Source of the DNA: Camelus dromedarius
Lineage: Eukaryota
Reading direction: 5' to 3'
Assembly: GCF_036321535.1 (NCBI RefSeq)
Contig: NC_087436.1
Location: 8,742,001 to 8,806,000 of the forward strand
DNA length: 64,000 nt
Both the position numbers and the translations under genes were made by a program. Under the pieces are notes generated by a model. It did no database searches and was not told the origin of the DNA. It saw nothing but the letters and a program-made list of their open reading frames with translations. Positions 1 to 13,700 of the stretch are shown in pieces; position 1 is the first letter of the stretch, and each line of letters starts with the position of its first letter.

Positions 1-1653
1 AGGTTCATCTGTCTCATGAGAGAACCAGCATGATGGTAATGCTAATTCAAAGTCCATTGGTGGAGTAGAGATTTGCATCACTTGGTTCAAGCATGAGGTA
101 ATAAGTTTGTTAAGTTAAACACAAAACTCGTTAATGTCCCACAGGGCAACAAGCAATTATTTTGTAGCTATCTTTTTTATAGAACGGAAGTCATTTGCAT
201 CTTTTTTTTAATGTACAAGTTAACATGCATATTCACAGATTCGGCGCCCTCATCAGGAGTTAATGGACACGCAAAGGTACCTCCTAGAGAATTAAGTCAT
301 CCTTAGCCGGGAGTGAGTACTGTAGTATGACTTTGAAAGACACGTTGTCCTTCCACAGCTTCTAATGCCTTTGATACCTCGTCTCAAGCAATTGATTCTA
401 CAGCATTAGGCAGAAGACAGCCTCTAATTACTCTAACCTAGAAAAAAGCCAAGGTTACAATGTATCATTGCAACTACCTTTGTCCTGACTTGTTTCTCTC
501 TAAAATATAAGTTCTTCTGGTTTGCCTTACACACATAGTGGCAATCCATGGACGATCATCTTTATTTCCGATGTCACGATTTTTTCTGGCCGTAAGTCAA
601 AATAGAGCTTACAGCTATAAACTCTAGAAGCATAGATAATAAAATATCTCCCCTGCCATAAACTTGTACAGATCTGCTGATTCTTTACAATGACTCACTG
701 GTAAAGATCTTGCAGAGGCATATTCAAATTAAATAATTAGCCTTAAATATGCCATAGTGGAATAGAAATGACTAAAACAGGGAGGGGATCAGTATCTTCT
801 TTTGAACAAGAGCTGGTTTATTATTTTTAGATAAAAGCTGTAGTAAAATTGCAATTCATTTTCCCCATTGAAAGATTTTATGAATCATGATAATGTCAGT
901 ATAAATATGCATAACACTGGTTATGTGAGTTTAAAAATGTTTACCAGAGTTATTTATGATAAACAGAATTTATTTGCAGGAGGAATAGCAGTAATTTATA
1001 AGCAATTGCTAGTCAACATGCTTCACTAACATAACTTTGATTTCACACACTTCTACATAAAGTTCCTTCAGTGAGCAAAAAAAAAAAGTTCTTTATTAAT
1101 TGTATTTTTATTCCCTTGTCTAACATTTAATAGTGTATGCTGTTAGGAAGAAAATATGTCTCCAACCTTTGCCAAAACCCTGCTAATTGAACAGAATTAA
1201 AATAACAAATCCTTGAAGGGACAACAAAATTGGGTCATATTTTACAACTTCTTTTCTTGTTGGTAATCACCTCTTTTAGCCTTCTTAAATTTCTTTCTCT
1301 GAAACATTGAATATTCAGAAATATAAAGCTGATAACTAATATGGGTACTGTTACATCCAGATCACAGAACTATCTATAATACCGTTTATTTTAAATCATA
1401 CTGTAAACTGCTGCTTCTTGCACAAAAGGACAAAGATAAGAAAAATAAGAATCAACAATTACTGTTAAAGTGATTGGTTGTCAAAAATTCTCAATCTATT
1501 TAATTATGTAATAAGATTTTGATTTTAAACACTGTGATTTGTTTGTGGTTGTGAAGCAATTATCTCTCTATAAATTTTCCTTAGTTTTTTTTTTAAATAC
1601 ATTTTGTAGCAGATATATCTCCCACAAGCTGGGCATTATTTAAAAGATTAGGA

Positions 1654-1910
1654 CTAGTGGGAAGGAATAAATTGGGAGCTTGAGATTTGCACATACTAAC
1701 TATTATATATAAAACAGATAAACAAGAAGTTTCTACTGTATAGCACAGGGAGCTATATTCAATATCTTGTAGTCACCTAAAATGAAAAAGAATATGAAAA
1801 GAAATATATGTATGGCTGAAGCATGATGCTGTACACCAGAAATTGACACAACATTGTAAGCTGACCATACTTCAATAAAAAAGAATGAAAACATAATAAA
1901 ACAAACAAAA
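1654..1910 (+). mobile_element. 5'-truncated L1 3'-UTR fragment (cetartiodactyl/camelid type)
   Basis: Reads ataaattgggagcttgagatttgc...tatagcacaggg...ttcaataaaa plus an A-rich tail, with an imperfect TSD (aaaagattagga / aaaagtgttagga). Matches other L1 3' ends in the window. Confidence 0.85.
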
Positions 1911-3339
1911 AGTGTTAGGAATAAACTTAACTGAAATTAAAGGGCAACAAAATATCTCCTGTGAAGTTAGTGGTATGTCCTTTAGGGAGTCTGTTATATC
2001 AACTGGCATGAGCTATGCACCTTTGAATGGAGTGTGCTATTCTCCTTTGCTACAGCACTTAAAAATTGCTTAAAACTTTATGGATGTACTATTTGCTTAA
2101 ATTATAGTTCAATTTGCACATACCAACCAAAGTGACTGGAGAAAGAGAAACTACAAAGAGAACGAAATTATTGAAATTATACTGTTAAAAATCAACTTAA
2201 ATGTCATCTTATATGGGTATAGTTCCATGGGTTTCCATAGGTCTTGTTTTGAGAAGTAAATGAGTTAATGAACTTTTTAAGGACAATTTAGAATGGTTGA
2301 TAAATATTAAGTTTTCATCAAACGTTATCTTGCATAGTATGTCCTAAGTGTATAAGTGTAAGTGTGCAGCTCTACAATCAAATGCAAAAGCCTGGTTTCA
2401 TCTGATGTATTCAAGCCATTTATTAATCTACCGACTTCGTTACTCTGAGACAGAACAGGGACTTTGAGATTGCTGAATGAACCATGCTGTCTCAAGCCCG
2501 CTGTGCACTTTCCCAAGAATTCCTATTCACCATTCCTTCATCTAGTTAGTATCTAAACTACAATACTAGCGTATTCGTAGAAGTCTTCTATGACTCTTAA
2601 AACTTAAAGTTTACTCCCCCTTACTATTATTTATATATTTGTATATGACATGTAGATGTATACATTTATGAATGTATACTGTTTCATTTTGCATTATTAA
2701 ATATAATGCACTTCTTTTCTTTCTTGACTATTTAAAATCTATGAGATTTGAAGACAGAAATGGTGTCTCTTATCGGTATATCCTCACCATTTAGCTGAGG
2801 GCCTGAAAAACTGTGGTCATTAAATCAATATTTGGGGGTGCATAAAGATGAAACAGTAACCAAATATGTTTCTCCTCATCTTTTTCTTTTCCCCACCTTA
2901 TTGCATATGATGGGAGATTAAATTGAAACTGTAGTTAAAAATCAATATGCTTAATGAAAAATGTTATTAAAGAAATTGAATCTAAAAGTTGTTGAGCTGT
3001 GCTAGACTTAAATGATCGACTGCCAATAAACGTCAGTTGATTGAGGATCCTTTACGTGGTTAAGAAAGTAAATAAAACCCCAGCAAGTTTTAAATATAAA
3101 AGCCCACGAATAAACTCTTTACCACAGAACAGCAAATATAAGAAATGTCACTATGTCATGTGTGATTTGATTTGAGCATTTAAAAATGATTGAGCAGCTT
3201 CGGAGTCAGTACAGTGCTAACATCATTAACACAACGTTGACCAGGTAAAGGTCCTTCCGCTCAGAGTTTCTAGTCCAAAGAAGAAAGATGAGAGTGTTAA
3301 TAGTTTCATTGTGATACAAGAACTGTAGTTATTGGACTT

Positions 3340-4090
3340 AGTTAAGTAGTAAAGTAGTAGTAAAGAACTTAAAAACAAATCAAGTTTAGGCATAAGCATT
3401 TGTCTATTTCTAAATGACAACTGGACTTGGGTAGATGAAAGAGACAAGGGGAGGTTTCCCAGAAGAGATGCTTTTGACAAACGGGGTAATAACACAGCAC
3501 GTCAGAGAACAGCTAATGCTGTGGAAAGTTTGTTGTAAAGCGTGAATGTGAGTTGGGGGGTAGGAAGAACTAATAGAGAACAGGCTTTTTTCTGAATACA
3601 GTAAATGATTTTAATCTTTTCTTTTTCCCAGAAACTTACAAGAAGCCATTAAAGGGTGTTAACGAGGAAAATGAGAAGTCCAGATGTAAACCTTACAAAG
3701 CTACGTCTGGCTGTATTGTGAATTAAAGGGCTTCTCAGTAGGTGAGGATAAATTTTGAAGGTGAGAAATGATAAGAACTTAAACTAAGGCAGCCGTGGTG
3801 GACATGAGATGACAGAATTGATTTAAGATAAATAAAAAGTTAAATTCACAAGGTTTTGTGACTTACTAGATTTGAGGGCGAAACTGAGAGAGAATGCTAG
3901 CAGGACTCAGTTTTGGGCTATGCTTACGTGCAATAGGAAACACACAAATCTGGTAGGTTCAGGGGTAAAGATATTGCTTTGAATTTTGCACATTGAAATG
4001 AAGAAAATAGTGCTCAGAGGAGACATTTCAAGTAAAAGTATAATTTGGAATATATCAGCTTAAACATAGTAATTGAAGCCATGGGTTCAG
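3340..4090 (-). mobile_element. Degenerate L2 fragment
   Basis: Purine-rich stretch with L2-like motifs (gaagccattaaagggtgtt, aattgaagccatggg). Boundaries approximate. Confidence 0.5.
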
Positions 4091-5799
4091 AGACATAATA
4101 TTAAAAAAACTTCAAAAAACATACTTCATCATTTTAAGAATCTGTGTAGTTATTTGGCCATGGCTTTATTGAAAGAAAAAAAGTCCCAGTGAAGTCATGT
4201 TTCTACATTACTATCCATCAAAAACTGATTTAAATAACATGATTTTCCATAATTTTGAAGACTGAACCTAAATTAAAAATTAAAAAATTGTCAGGTACTC
4301 AGTAAACCTGTATTTATTCTACTCATTCACATGCGGGCATTTTATTTTTACGTTTGCTATTGGCAAGGGTAAGTTCCAAAAGAATATGACCAAAGACATT
4401 TCAAAATGTTTTTCTAAAGCACTGATTTTAAGACTTTTTTTGAGAAGTGAATTGTAAAATGCAGTGTTCTGTTATAACAGCAGGAAAAAAAAAAGTAATT
4501 TAGAAATAATATTCATTTTAAAGCAGCACACTGCTAGGAAGTATTTATGATCACATAAATTTTACCAAATTAACAGTGAGTATTGAAACTTCATAGCATA
4601 TTTAAGTGAAAGATGAATGTATATTGTACGTTTGGTATTTGTGGAAGAAATTCAACTTCCGCAGCCATGACAAAGCTTTGCTTTATTTGGATTGGAAGAT
4701 TCTGAATCATAAATATACTCTGATTTCCACTGGATTTGAAAAGCCACAATGGCCTCAGGCTTATATGAAAAATGAATTAGTGGTAAAAATTACATGCTGA
4801 ATGATGTATTATAATTCAAACATTAAATGTCTCCACTTTTAGTGGAAGGGGAAGAAGAAATGGATTACTTATAGTCTAGAGAAGAAAAAAGTCAATGGCT
4901 TTTTTTTTAAATAGCTAGTTTTAATGGTATATTCTAATAATTCCGTATTAGAAGACAGCACTAGGGTTCTAAAAGATTTAAAAAGAAATCTTACTAATTA
5001 AATTATTTTTCTTGGTGATATATATTCTGGGCTTTGTTATCAGTGAAGAGCCTAAAGGGTAATATTGTCCCTTGCATACACATAAGATTTCAACCTTCAT
5101 ACATGAGAAGAAAAAAAGTTATATTTTCATACTGCTTTAAATATTAAAATTGAGTAACAGTGTCTTTTCAGTCTCTGGGAACTAAATATGACTTAGGGAT
5201 TTTACTTCTAAATTTAAGTACAGTACGTATTCCAGAACTGTATTTTATTTTATTTTTTTACCAGAATAAAGTATACTATTTATATTAAGCACTTGATGAC
5301 TTTGTATGTCTGGATAGACATATAAAGAACATTTTATTTGTTATACTTTGATAGGTTTTCTCCCAGTGCTAGTTCTGCCAACTATGTACTAGAAAATCTA
5401 CTATTAAAAAAAAAACTAGTAATATGACAAGCTGCCACACCAGCAATTGGATCCTGATATGAATGAAAATGTTTGTTTTAATTGTCTTATTGTTCGTGAT
5501 TTTTTTCCCAACAGAATGCTTAGCTTTAAAGGGAGATCAACTGTACACAGTGAGAATCACCTCCAATAAGTTGTAGGGATAGAGCTATCTCAAGAATGGT
5601 TAGAAGGAAAAATCATCCAACTGAATGCAAAAAATGTGAGTAGACTTCTTAAGGAGAGGACTCTGAAAGCAAAACGATCAAAGAAACTGAAGGCTGATAC
5701 CACCACGTGAAGAACTAAAATGGTGGGCAGAGACGTTCCAGTTAGATTCAAAGGGATAATCCTTCTTCATCAATGCAGAAAGACAAAGTTTAAATAAAA

Positions 5800-6290
5800 C
5801 GTCTTATATCCTCTTAGCCGGCCTTGTAGAGGGAGGTCGAAATTGCTCTCCGGGTCCTCCTTTGTAACAGATGGCGAAACGGTACATCCAACTAAAGGAT
5901 TGTATTTACCGGCCTCCCTGGCATAGTTTTTACTGTTATAGCACATCGGTGACCTATTAACAGTGTGGGATTTTGAGGAATAAGTACCATTTGTCTTTCA
6001 CTTGCTTTGGACTACTGCAAGCCTGGATTATAAATTGATGGAATATATGGACTGGTGGCTGGAGCTCCTACAGCCCTCTTGAACCCTGAGATGATCTTGG
6101 AGATGAAAACCATGCTCTTGGAATGCCAGAAAAGATAGGAGATTGAGTTCCAGATGCTACACAGATCTATCAGCTCAGCTGTGGGTAGCATGTTTTATGA
6201 AAGAATAAACTTCTGTCCATTTCCTTCACTGTTTTTTTTTTTTTTTTTCTGAGTCTTTTACTGAGTGCTGGAAACAATTACTAACACAGG
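5800..6290 (+). mobile_element. Old MaLR LTR (MLT1J/I-like)
   Basis: ggctggagctcctacagccctcttgaaccctgag...gaataaacttctg...ctaacaca resembles the 3' half of MLT1. Confidence 0.55.
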
Positions 6291-6489
6291 TTAGGCAGAT
6301 GTAGAAAAACAAAAATCCCAGAAAAATGCTAGGAATGAGAAAACAAAAGGAATTTACAAAGCCAAGTGTTTAACTTCACAGGAACTTTCCACAGTTCAAA
6401 CACTTCATTTCACTGATACAAGCCACAGTAACATTTTTAGCAATTATCATTTTAATGCAGTATTCAAACCAATTTGAGTTTCATGTAAA

Positions 6490-6674
6490 TTGTTGCCAGA
6501 CATAACAAGTAAAATATGACACTCAACTAGAGTTGAATTTCAGATCGGCAAGAATGATTTTTGTATAAGTATATCCCATGCAACATCTGGTATATGCCTC
6601 TAGTAAAAGTTGATTTGTTGTACATCTAAAATTCAAATTAACCTTGGAGATCTGCATTTTATCTAGCAAGTCTA
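6490..6674. mobile_element. MER53 (palindromic hAT MITE)
   Basis: gttgccaga...ttgaatttcagat...gtataagtatatccca...atctaaaattcaaattaa...ttttatctagcaagtcta follows the recalled MER53 inverted-repeat consensus. Confidence 0.8.
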
Positions 6675-7899
6675 CTTGTAAAGTTGTTGAAAGTCATAGT
6701 AACAGTAATTACATTACGTTGTTTTTCAAAGAGATAATATTTTCCTGGGGCATTGTTAATCAATATGATCGACAATGCCACATTGAATCAAGCTACTGGT
6801 AATGATAAGAAAATTCCATATATTTCATTGAGCAAGTGTAATATGTCATTGAATTTGACAATAATCTCTTCTTTATAGATGAAGAGACAGAAGCTTAAGC
6901 GTCAATTCTTTGTGATCACATAATTAAAAGTAGCAAAACTAGGATTGAAATCTAGTAAGACAAATTTGATAAGATAAAGTTTGATTTCAATGTTAAATGT
7001 AGACCAAGATGTACTACAAGTTAATAAATGGTGAAAAACACAGATATTATAAATAGGATACAAACAAGGATTTTTAGACCTATATTTTCACAGGTGAAAA
7101 CAAAGGAAAACAAAATTTTGCTATCCGAAGATGAACTGAAAATTTTCTTGGTAAAGTCAAAACATGTGAAAAAGTGCTATATTTCAACTTGTCTCTTTCC
7201 TTCACTTCTGATTACTAAGACTGTTAGGCAATTCTATTTTCTACCCACATTTCTCTCAATTCTATACCTTTGTTTCTATGTTCACCTTGCCTTCCTTAAT
7301 TGAGCTTTCTTAATAAAAGAAAATTGCAAATCAGGAATGAGTTGGTGAGAAGTAATGTCAATAGGAGAGTGTTTCTCTATACCTTGTGGTCTTCATCCTC
7401 ATCCCCTGGGCAGAGCTCATCAGACCAGGATTAGGACTCAAGCTTAGTCCCAGTAATACCAAAATTGAAGTTTGTGTGCCAAGCTCCACCCAGAACAGGA
7501 TGATCCAAATAAGTCAATTATGTTTTTCCAAAATTTGGGCAGACAGAGAATTAAAGACACATATTCCCCCAAAATGGATAAATATATAATAGCTGAGTGA
7601 ATCTAATAGCCTCTCTGTAGAACAAAGATTAATACAAGATTGCTAATAGGGAGAGACAACAGCACAATCTTAAAGCTTCATTGAATAGAAAAAATTTTTC
7701 AAATTTCAGTGACTATAATTGGATATGATTTGGTTCTGGCATTTTCTACACATTTCCAAACTCCTTCATTACTGTATGTATTCTAACAATGAATTCACGT
7801 TGTTTTCATCAGGTTGATGTATCTATGCTCCTTGAAACATATATTAGGAGGAAGAGAAGAAAGAGGAAGAGGGAGGAGGAGGAAGAGAAGATGAGGGAA

Positions 7900-8165
7900 C
7901 TAAAAACAAAGAACTAGTTTAACTGAACATTTACAATGTGCCTCATCAAGTTTTATCAGCTGTGAAATGTTTTATCTCATTAGTTCTCACACAAAAATGA
8001 GTTCATTCTACTAGTGTATACAATTTTCAGATAAGGAAGCTGGGGCATAGGGAGGTTATATAATTTGCTTGAGGGAAAATCACTCCCAAGAGACTTTATA
8101 CTAATTAGAATTCAGATAGTCTGAATCCCAGCCCATGTTGCAAATCCCAGTATCATACTTACTCC
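7900..8165 (-). mobile_element. MIR SINE
   Basis: Contains the MIR core caattttcagataaggaagctggggcatagggaggttatataatttgc. Confidence 0.65.
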
Positions 8166-9124
8166 AGGAGTTCAGTGATGTTGTTTTTACTTATTTGGTG
8201 CAAAACAGAAGGCAGGCAAAATGAAAGACTCTAAATATCCACTGATCGTCAACAAGCTTCATACATAATAGCAGAATATATCAGATCTATTTGTAATATA
8301 CAGGAGCCAGAATTATTTGGGTTACATTTTACAAAGGGCAGCAGAAAACTACAGAACATCTCATCTCCATGCAGTGGATAACCTCATGATCTAGAGTAAA
8401 TCAGGTCACGTAAACATCCCAAGATGTACGACCTATAAGATCAACAACTTGGGGTGAATATCTCTCTTGGCATAAATTCCCACAGGTGCAAATGGTAAGT
8501 TCCTTCCTTGCTTTGTGGAGTTGTTCTTAGGGCTAATGAGATAATGAGGTAGTGAGGTAATGAGAAGTAATATAAATCTGTCTAATTAAATAAACAAAAT
8601 TATATTTGCAATGCATGGGAAAGGAATTAAAAATGTACTCACAGGCTTTCTTCACCTGAGATTGGAAGTAAGGGGATATAAAAGGTGAAGGATAGCTATG
8701 CTTTTTAAAAAATATGCCTATTATTTTCATCTTTTGCAATCAGAAGGTATTCACCTATTGACTGGGTGAATAAATACTAAATCTTGTCTAATATATATTA
8801 AGGAATCAGAAAGAATATTGCAAATTGTTTCTGATTCTCTTTGACATAAAGAGTACATATAATTTTAAATTTACATAATTTAATAAAACTTAAACCCACT
8901 TTCTTGAAAACAGACAATATACCAATAGGGTATAAAATCTGATTAATATCTGAGCTTTTTGAAAGTATTCTTTGCTTATAAACAAACTGAGGATGTGTTT
9001 TACTACAGTAAGGTCATCTTGATCTTTCAAAACATTGGAAATTCATATGTAACAATTAAAAATATATTTTAAGGAGATAAAAATATAGACATTGCTTAAA
9101 ACATTAAATCCAAAAAAAAATTGG

Positions 9125-9850
9125 ACAGTGTTCTTAGTGGCAAACAATAGAAATTATTTTTTTAGTTCTAAGCAGGAAAAGGATTTAATAAAGATATTAG
9201 GAAGGTCAGAGAATAACCAGAAGATCAGAACTTTAGTCTTGTGGAATGAGAAGCCAGGAAGGTGCACAAGCCACGTGCTAAGACTGGCCAATTGGAGACC
9301 CCATTGAAGCTGAACACTGACCAGCTCCAGAGTTTTTGTCACAATGTCCTTGAAAGTGGGAGCTTGTTGCCCCAGCACTCACGAGGGAGGATGCGTAGGG
9401 AGAGTCAACTCTGTAAAGCACCTGCATTCCCCTGTTCCTTTTTCTTTTTTTTTTAATTGATGTATAGTCAGTTACAATGTGTCAATTTCTGATGTACAGC
9501 ATCATGTCCCAGGCGTGCATATATATACATATATTCATTTTAATATTCTTTTTCATTAAAGGTTACTATAAGATATTGAATAGAGTTTCCTGTGCTATAT
9601 AGAAGAAATTTGTTTTTTTATCAATTTTTATACATAGTGGTTAACATTCTTGCTTATGAAAGGAAGTCTTGTTCAGCATTCCTTTTATCAGAGCCTTATC
9701 CACATATCCTCTCCCTAACTGCAAAGAAGGCCAAATAAGAAGACTCAGTTTTCACCGTGGGGTAAGCAAAAATCAAAGCATCACCAAAATATTGAAGGGG
9801 AATTCAAAAGTGTTGGGTAACCAAAAACACACTAGATGTCCACCACAGAC
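9125..9850 (-). mobile_element. Old MaLR LTR (MLT1K/L-like) interrupted by an L1 fragment
   Basis: Starts cttagtggcaaacaatagaaa...aagcaggaaaaggatttaat, typical of MLT1 in reverse orientation. Boundaries approximate. Confidence 0.45.
9437..9650 (-). mobile_element. 5'-truncated L1 3'-UTR fragment
   Basis: A poly-T run is followed by aattgatgtatagtcagttacaatgtgtcaatttctg..., the reverse complement of the L1 end at 48679-48899. Confidence 0.85.
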
Positions 9851-9861
9851 AGTAATGAATT

Positions 9862-10022
9862 TGTATATGTATGTATACACACACATGTATATAATATATA
9901 TATATAGTTTATTTATATATATTTATATGTATAAAATTTATATACATATTAAACTTTATAGATATGTAAATACGTATAAATAAACTATAAATATACTTAC
10001 ATATATAGTTTATTTATATGTA
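9862..10022. repeat. (TA)-rich low-complexity tract
   Basis: Degenerate atat/tatg repeats. Confidence 0.8.
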
Positions 10023-10774
10023 GAGGACTTTATTTTGGCAGACTTTAAGCAGAAATAAGGACAAAGAAAAACATACTAAGTGATATTTTATAATTTTTAT
10101 TTCACATTTTATTATATTGGTAAATTCTTTAAAAATATTTTGATAATTTCACAGCTGATGTCATAGCACTTAATGAAAATATTAGGAGTGTATTGAGAAG
10201 TTGAATGTGTATCCCTTTTTAATAAGGCTTTGGCTTTTCCCTGCAGCTTTACTTCAAAAGCTTGTAGTTCTGTGTACACTATACATCATGAATGCTTGTT
10301 CAACTTAATTAAATATGGCTTGAAATGAAATTGAAACTTTCTGAATATTGGAAGCATTTTTAAAATTCTCAATATTTACCTGTTCTATGAAATGTATCCA
10401 AAAATAACTTCAACCAATTCAATTCAATTTATGGATACCAGAATTCATCTAATATTGACATATATTTTAGAGAGCTAACTTATCTGCAATCATTTTTTTC
10501 TCTAGAAATTTCGAGATTCTAGAACAGTCCAGAATAAAACGTAAGCAAAATAATTTACAAGATCCAGTCACAAGAATGTGTCCACTTTTGCAAGTTGTCC
10601 ACAGACTAGTGCTTTGTGAGTATTACTCATAGCATACTCTTCTGATTCTTGAAACAATTCAAATCAGCTTGTTTTGAGGTATTCAAACTAAACACTGAAG
10701 AATGCATGGGCTTATTAAAAATAATCGTGGTATACTAAGGATTAAGGTAGAAAAGGAAAGATAAAATGCAGACA

Positions 10775-13700
10775 GTAGTTTAAGATGGTGACATAGAAAG
10801 ATCCTAAACTTACCTCCACACACATCAAATCTACAGCTACATATTGCTCAATTCCCTCTGAAAAAGACCTAGAAACTAGCTGAACAGCTGCTCCACAACA
10901 AAAGAAAGCCCACCCTGAGATGGGTAGAAGAGGCAGAAATACAGTCTCCCCCAAAATGTTACACCCAGTTTTCTCCCCAAACCAGAGAAAGTCCACAATT
11001 ACAGACTTCACCCTGAGGAGCAATGGGTTCAAGCCCCACCCCAAACACCCCAAACCTGGGAACCTGCACTGGAGAGACAAACCCCCAAAGGCCAGCTTTA
11101 AAACCAGTGGGGCTTATGTTCAGGTGCCCAAAATGCTGTGGAGATTGGAAAGTCTGGTTTCAAAGGGTTCACCTGCAGACTCACCCTACCCCCCAAGCCC
11201 AGGGTAAAAACACCATTTGAAAAATACCTAGACCATATGGAAAGAGATTCCTCAGCTAATCTTAAAGTGTTTCCCGGGGCACAGGAATCTGCTGGGGCTT
11301 TCTCCAGGGGCAGAGGCATGGCTGGGTGCCATTTTGCTCTCTCACTCCACCTTGGTAGAGCCAGCACTGATGGGCACCAGTTTTAGTGCTCCCCTTACCT
11401 TGCTAGTGCTGGCTGGCTTGCCCCTTCCACCTACTCTCCCACAGCCCTACTAAAGGCAACCATCTCTCCCCACCCATGATCCCTGTATGACCCTGCTGCA
11501 GCCTGTGGGCTTGTCTGGTGCCAGGCTCACCCATGGCCCTGGCTTCACTCATGGCTCTGTTGCAGCTGATGGGCTGCCCTCAGCCTTGGGCTCCCCCTTA
11601 GTCTCACTGAGGTTGATGGGTTTGCCCCACCCAGAAACCCTCCTGTTACCCTTGCTCCCCCCAGTCCCAGGCTAGTCTGTGACCCTCTTGAACCCGATGA
11701 GCACATAGTCCATACAGGGCACATCCCTTGAGCACCCAGTGCAGGTGGCCAAGGGGACCTAGGTTTCTGGGCCCCACAGGACTGAAACAATTGGAGAGAC
11801 AGTTCTTGGCAGGCTACCACCTCCAGGACACAACACAGGCAGCAGACTACATCACATACCCAGAATTTTTGTGACAAAGCCCTATTTACTTGTCTCTGTA
11901 TGCCAGTCTGAAGGGCAAGGTCTGAGCTTATCACACATCTAGAAGCTACAAAGGAGTTCTCAGCAAATGCAGGCTGGAGATGCCATCTTTGTGCTCTCCC
12001 TGGGCCTTGCTACAGCTCACCAGTACCTCCCAGAAAGGACCTTACATGGCTATCTGGAGCCCAGATTTTGTAACTGTCTCCAAGGAGACATCTTCCAATC
12101 ACCTGGTCTGGAGGCCAGCAGGGTTTATAAAGGCAGTCACACAGGATTGTGTATATTCGCATACTTTAAAAGCTGCCTGAGGGTCTAGCTTCCAATCAGC
12201 CTAAAACTAGGTGCTGACAGTAATCTTTCCATGTGTAATACTGACATGGCTTGGCCAACCTCAATAAGTGGAACCTACCAAGAATAAATTAGGCCAATTA
12301 GACAATCACAAAGGGTCTAGAGACGATCAGAACTAGGACAAGTTTGAACAATAACATTGTCTACACAAGGCTACACCTTCAAGGCTGGGAGAGGCAGTGT
12401 TTCACCTAATACATAGAAACAAATACAGAGAGACAAGAACAGGAGGAAACAATGGAATATGTTAAAAACAAAAGAACAAGATAAAAACACCAGGAGGAAA
12501 AAAATAAAACTTAAAAATGGAGATTTGTAATCTACCTGATAAAGAGTTATAAGTCATGGTCACCAACCATGGCAGAGGATGGATGAACACAGTGAGAGCT
12601 TCAGCAAAGACAAAAAATACACAAAAGTACCAAATAGAAGTCACAGAGCTGAAGAATACAATAACTGAAATAAAAAATATACTAGAAGAGTTCTAAAGCA
12701 GATTAGATGAAGAAAAGAATGTATCAGTCACCTGGAAGCTGAACAGCAAAACTCACCCAGAGTGGTAAAAAGAAAAAAATAATTTAAAAAAAAATTAAAA
12801 ATAACTTGAGGTATCTGTGGGATAAAATCAAGCAGAATAATATTCAGATAATAGGTGTACCAGAAGGAGGAAACACAAAGAAAGGGGAAGAAGATATATT
12901 TGAAGAAATAATGACTGAAATCTTCCCTAATCTGGGGGAGAAAACAAACATTCAGATCTAGGAAGCAAAGAGAATTCAAAACAAGATCCACAGCAAGCAC
13001 ATTATAATTAAAATGTCAAAAGTAAAAGATAAAGAGAGAATTTTTAAAACAGAAAAGAAAAAAACAAAACAAAACTGCTGTGTACAAGAAAGCCCCGATA
13101 AGAATATCACCTGTCTTCTCAACAGACACTTTGCAGGCCAGAAAGAAGTGGCAATGATAAATTCAAACTGCAGAAAGTAAAACAAAAAAACAAAAAAGTC
13201 TAACTAGAGTACTCTACCCAGCAAAGTTTCATTCAGAATTGAATTGAAGTAGACACCAAGAGCTTTCCAGATAAGCAAAAGTTAAAAGAGTTAATCACCT
13301 GCAAACCAGCCTTACAAGAACTATTAAAGGGACTTCTTTAAGCTGAAAAGAAAAGGCACTAACTAGTAATAAGAAAATATAAGAGGTAAAAATCTCACTG
13401 GTAACGGCAAATGTATAATAAAGGTAGTGGATTAACCACTTAACTAACCTTAACTAGCCTTAACTAACATAAAGGCTAAAGGACAAAAGTAGCAAAATTA
13501 ACTATAACTACTATAGTTAGTTAATAAATATGCAAAATAAAATGATGTAAAATATGACATCAAAAATGTAAAACATGGGGAGTGCCTAAAAATGTAGATT
13601 TTAAAAAATGTGTTAAAACTTGAGTTGCTATCAGCTTAAAATAGGCTGTTACATGTGCACTCATGGTAACAACAAAACAAATACTTAAGTACATACCCAA

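Noticed and set aside
13430..13470. 10-bp tandem repeat (cttaactaac) x3
   Set aside because: Local slippage inside the L1 inter-ORF region.
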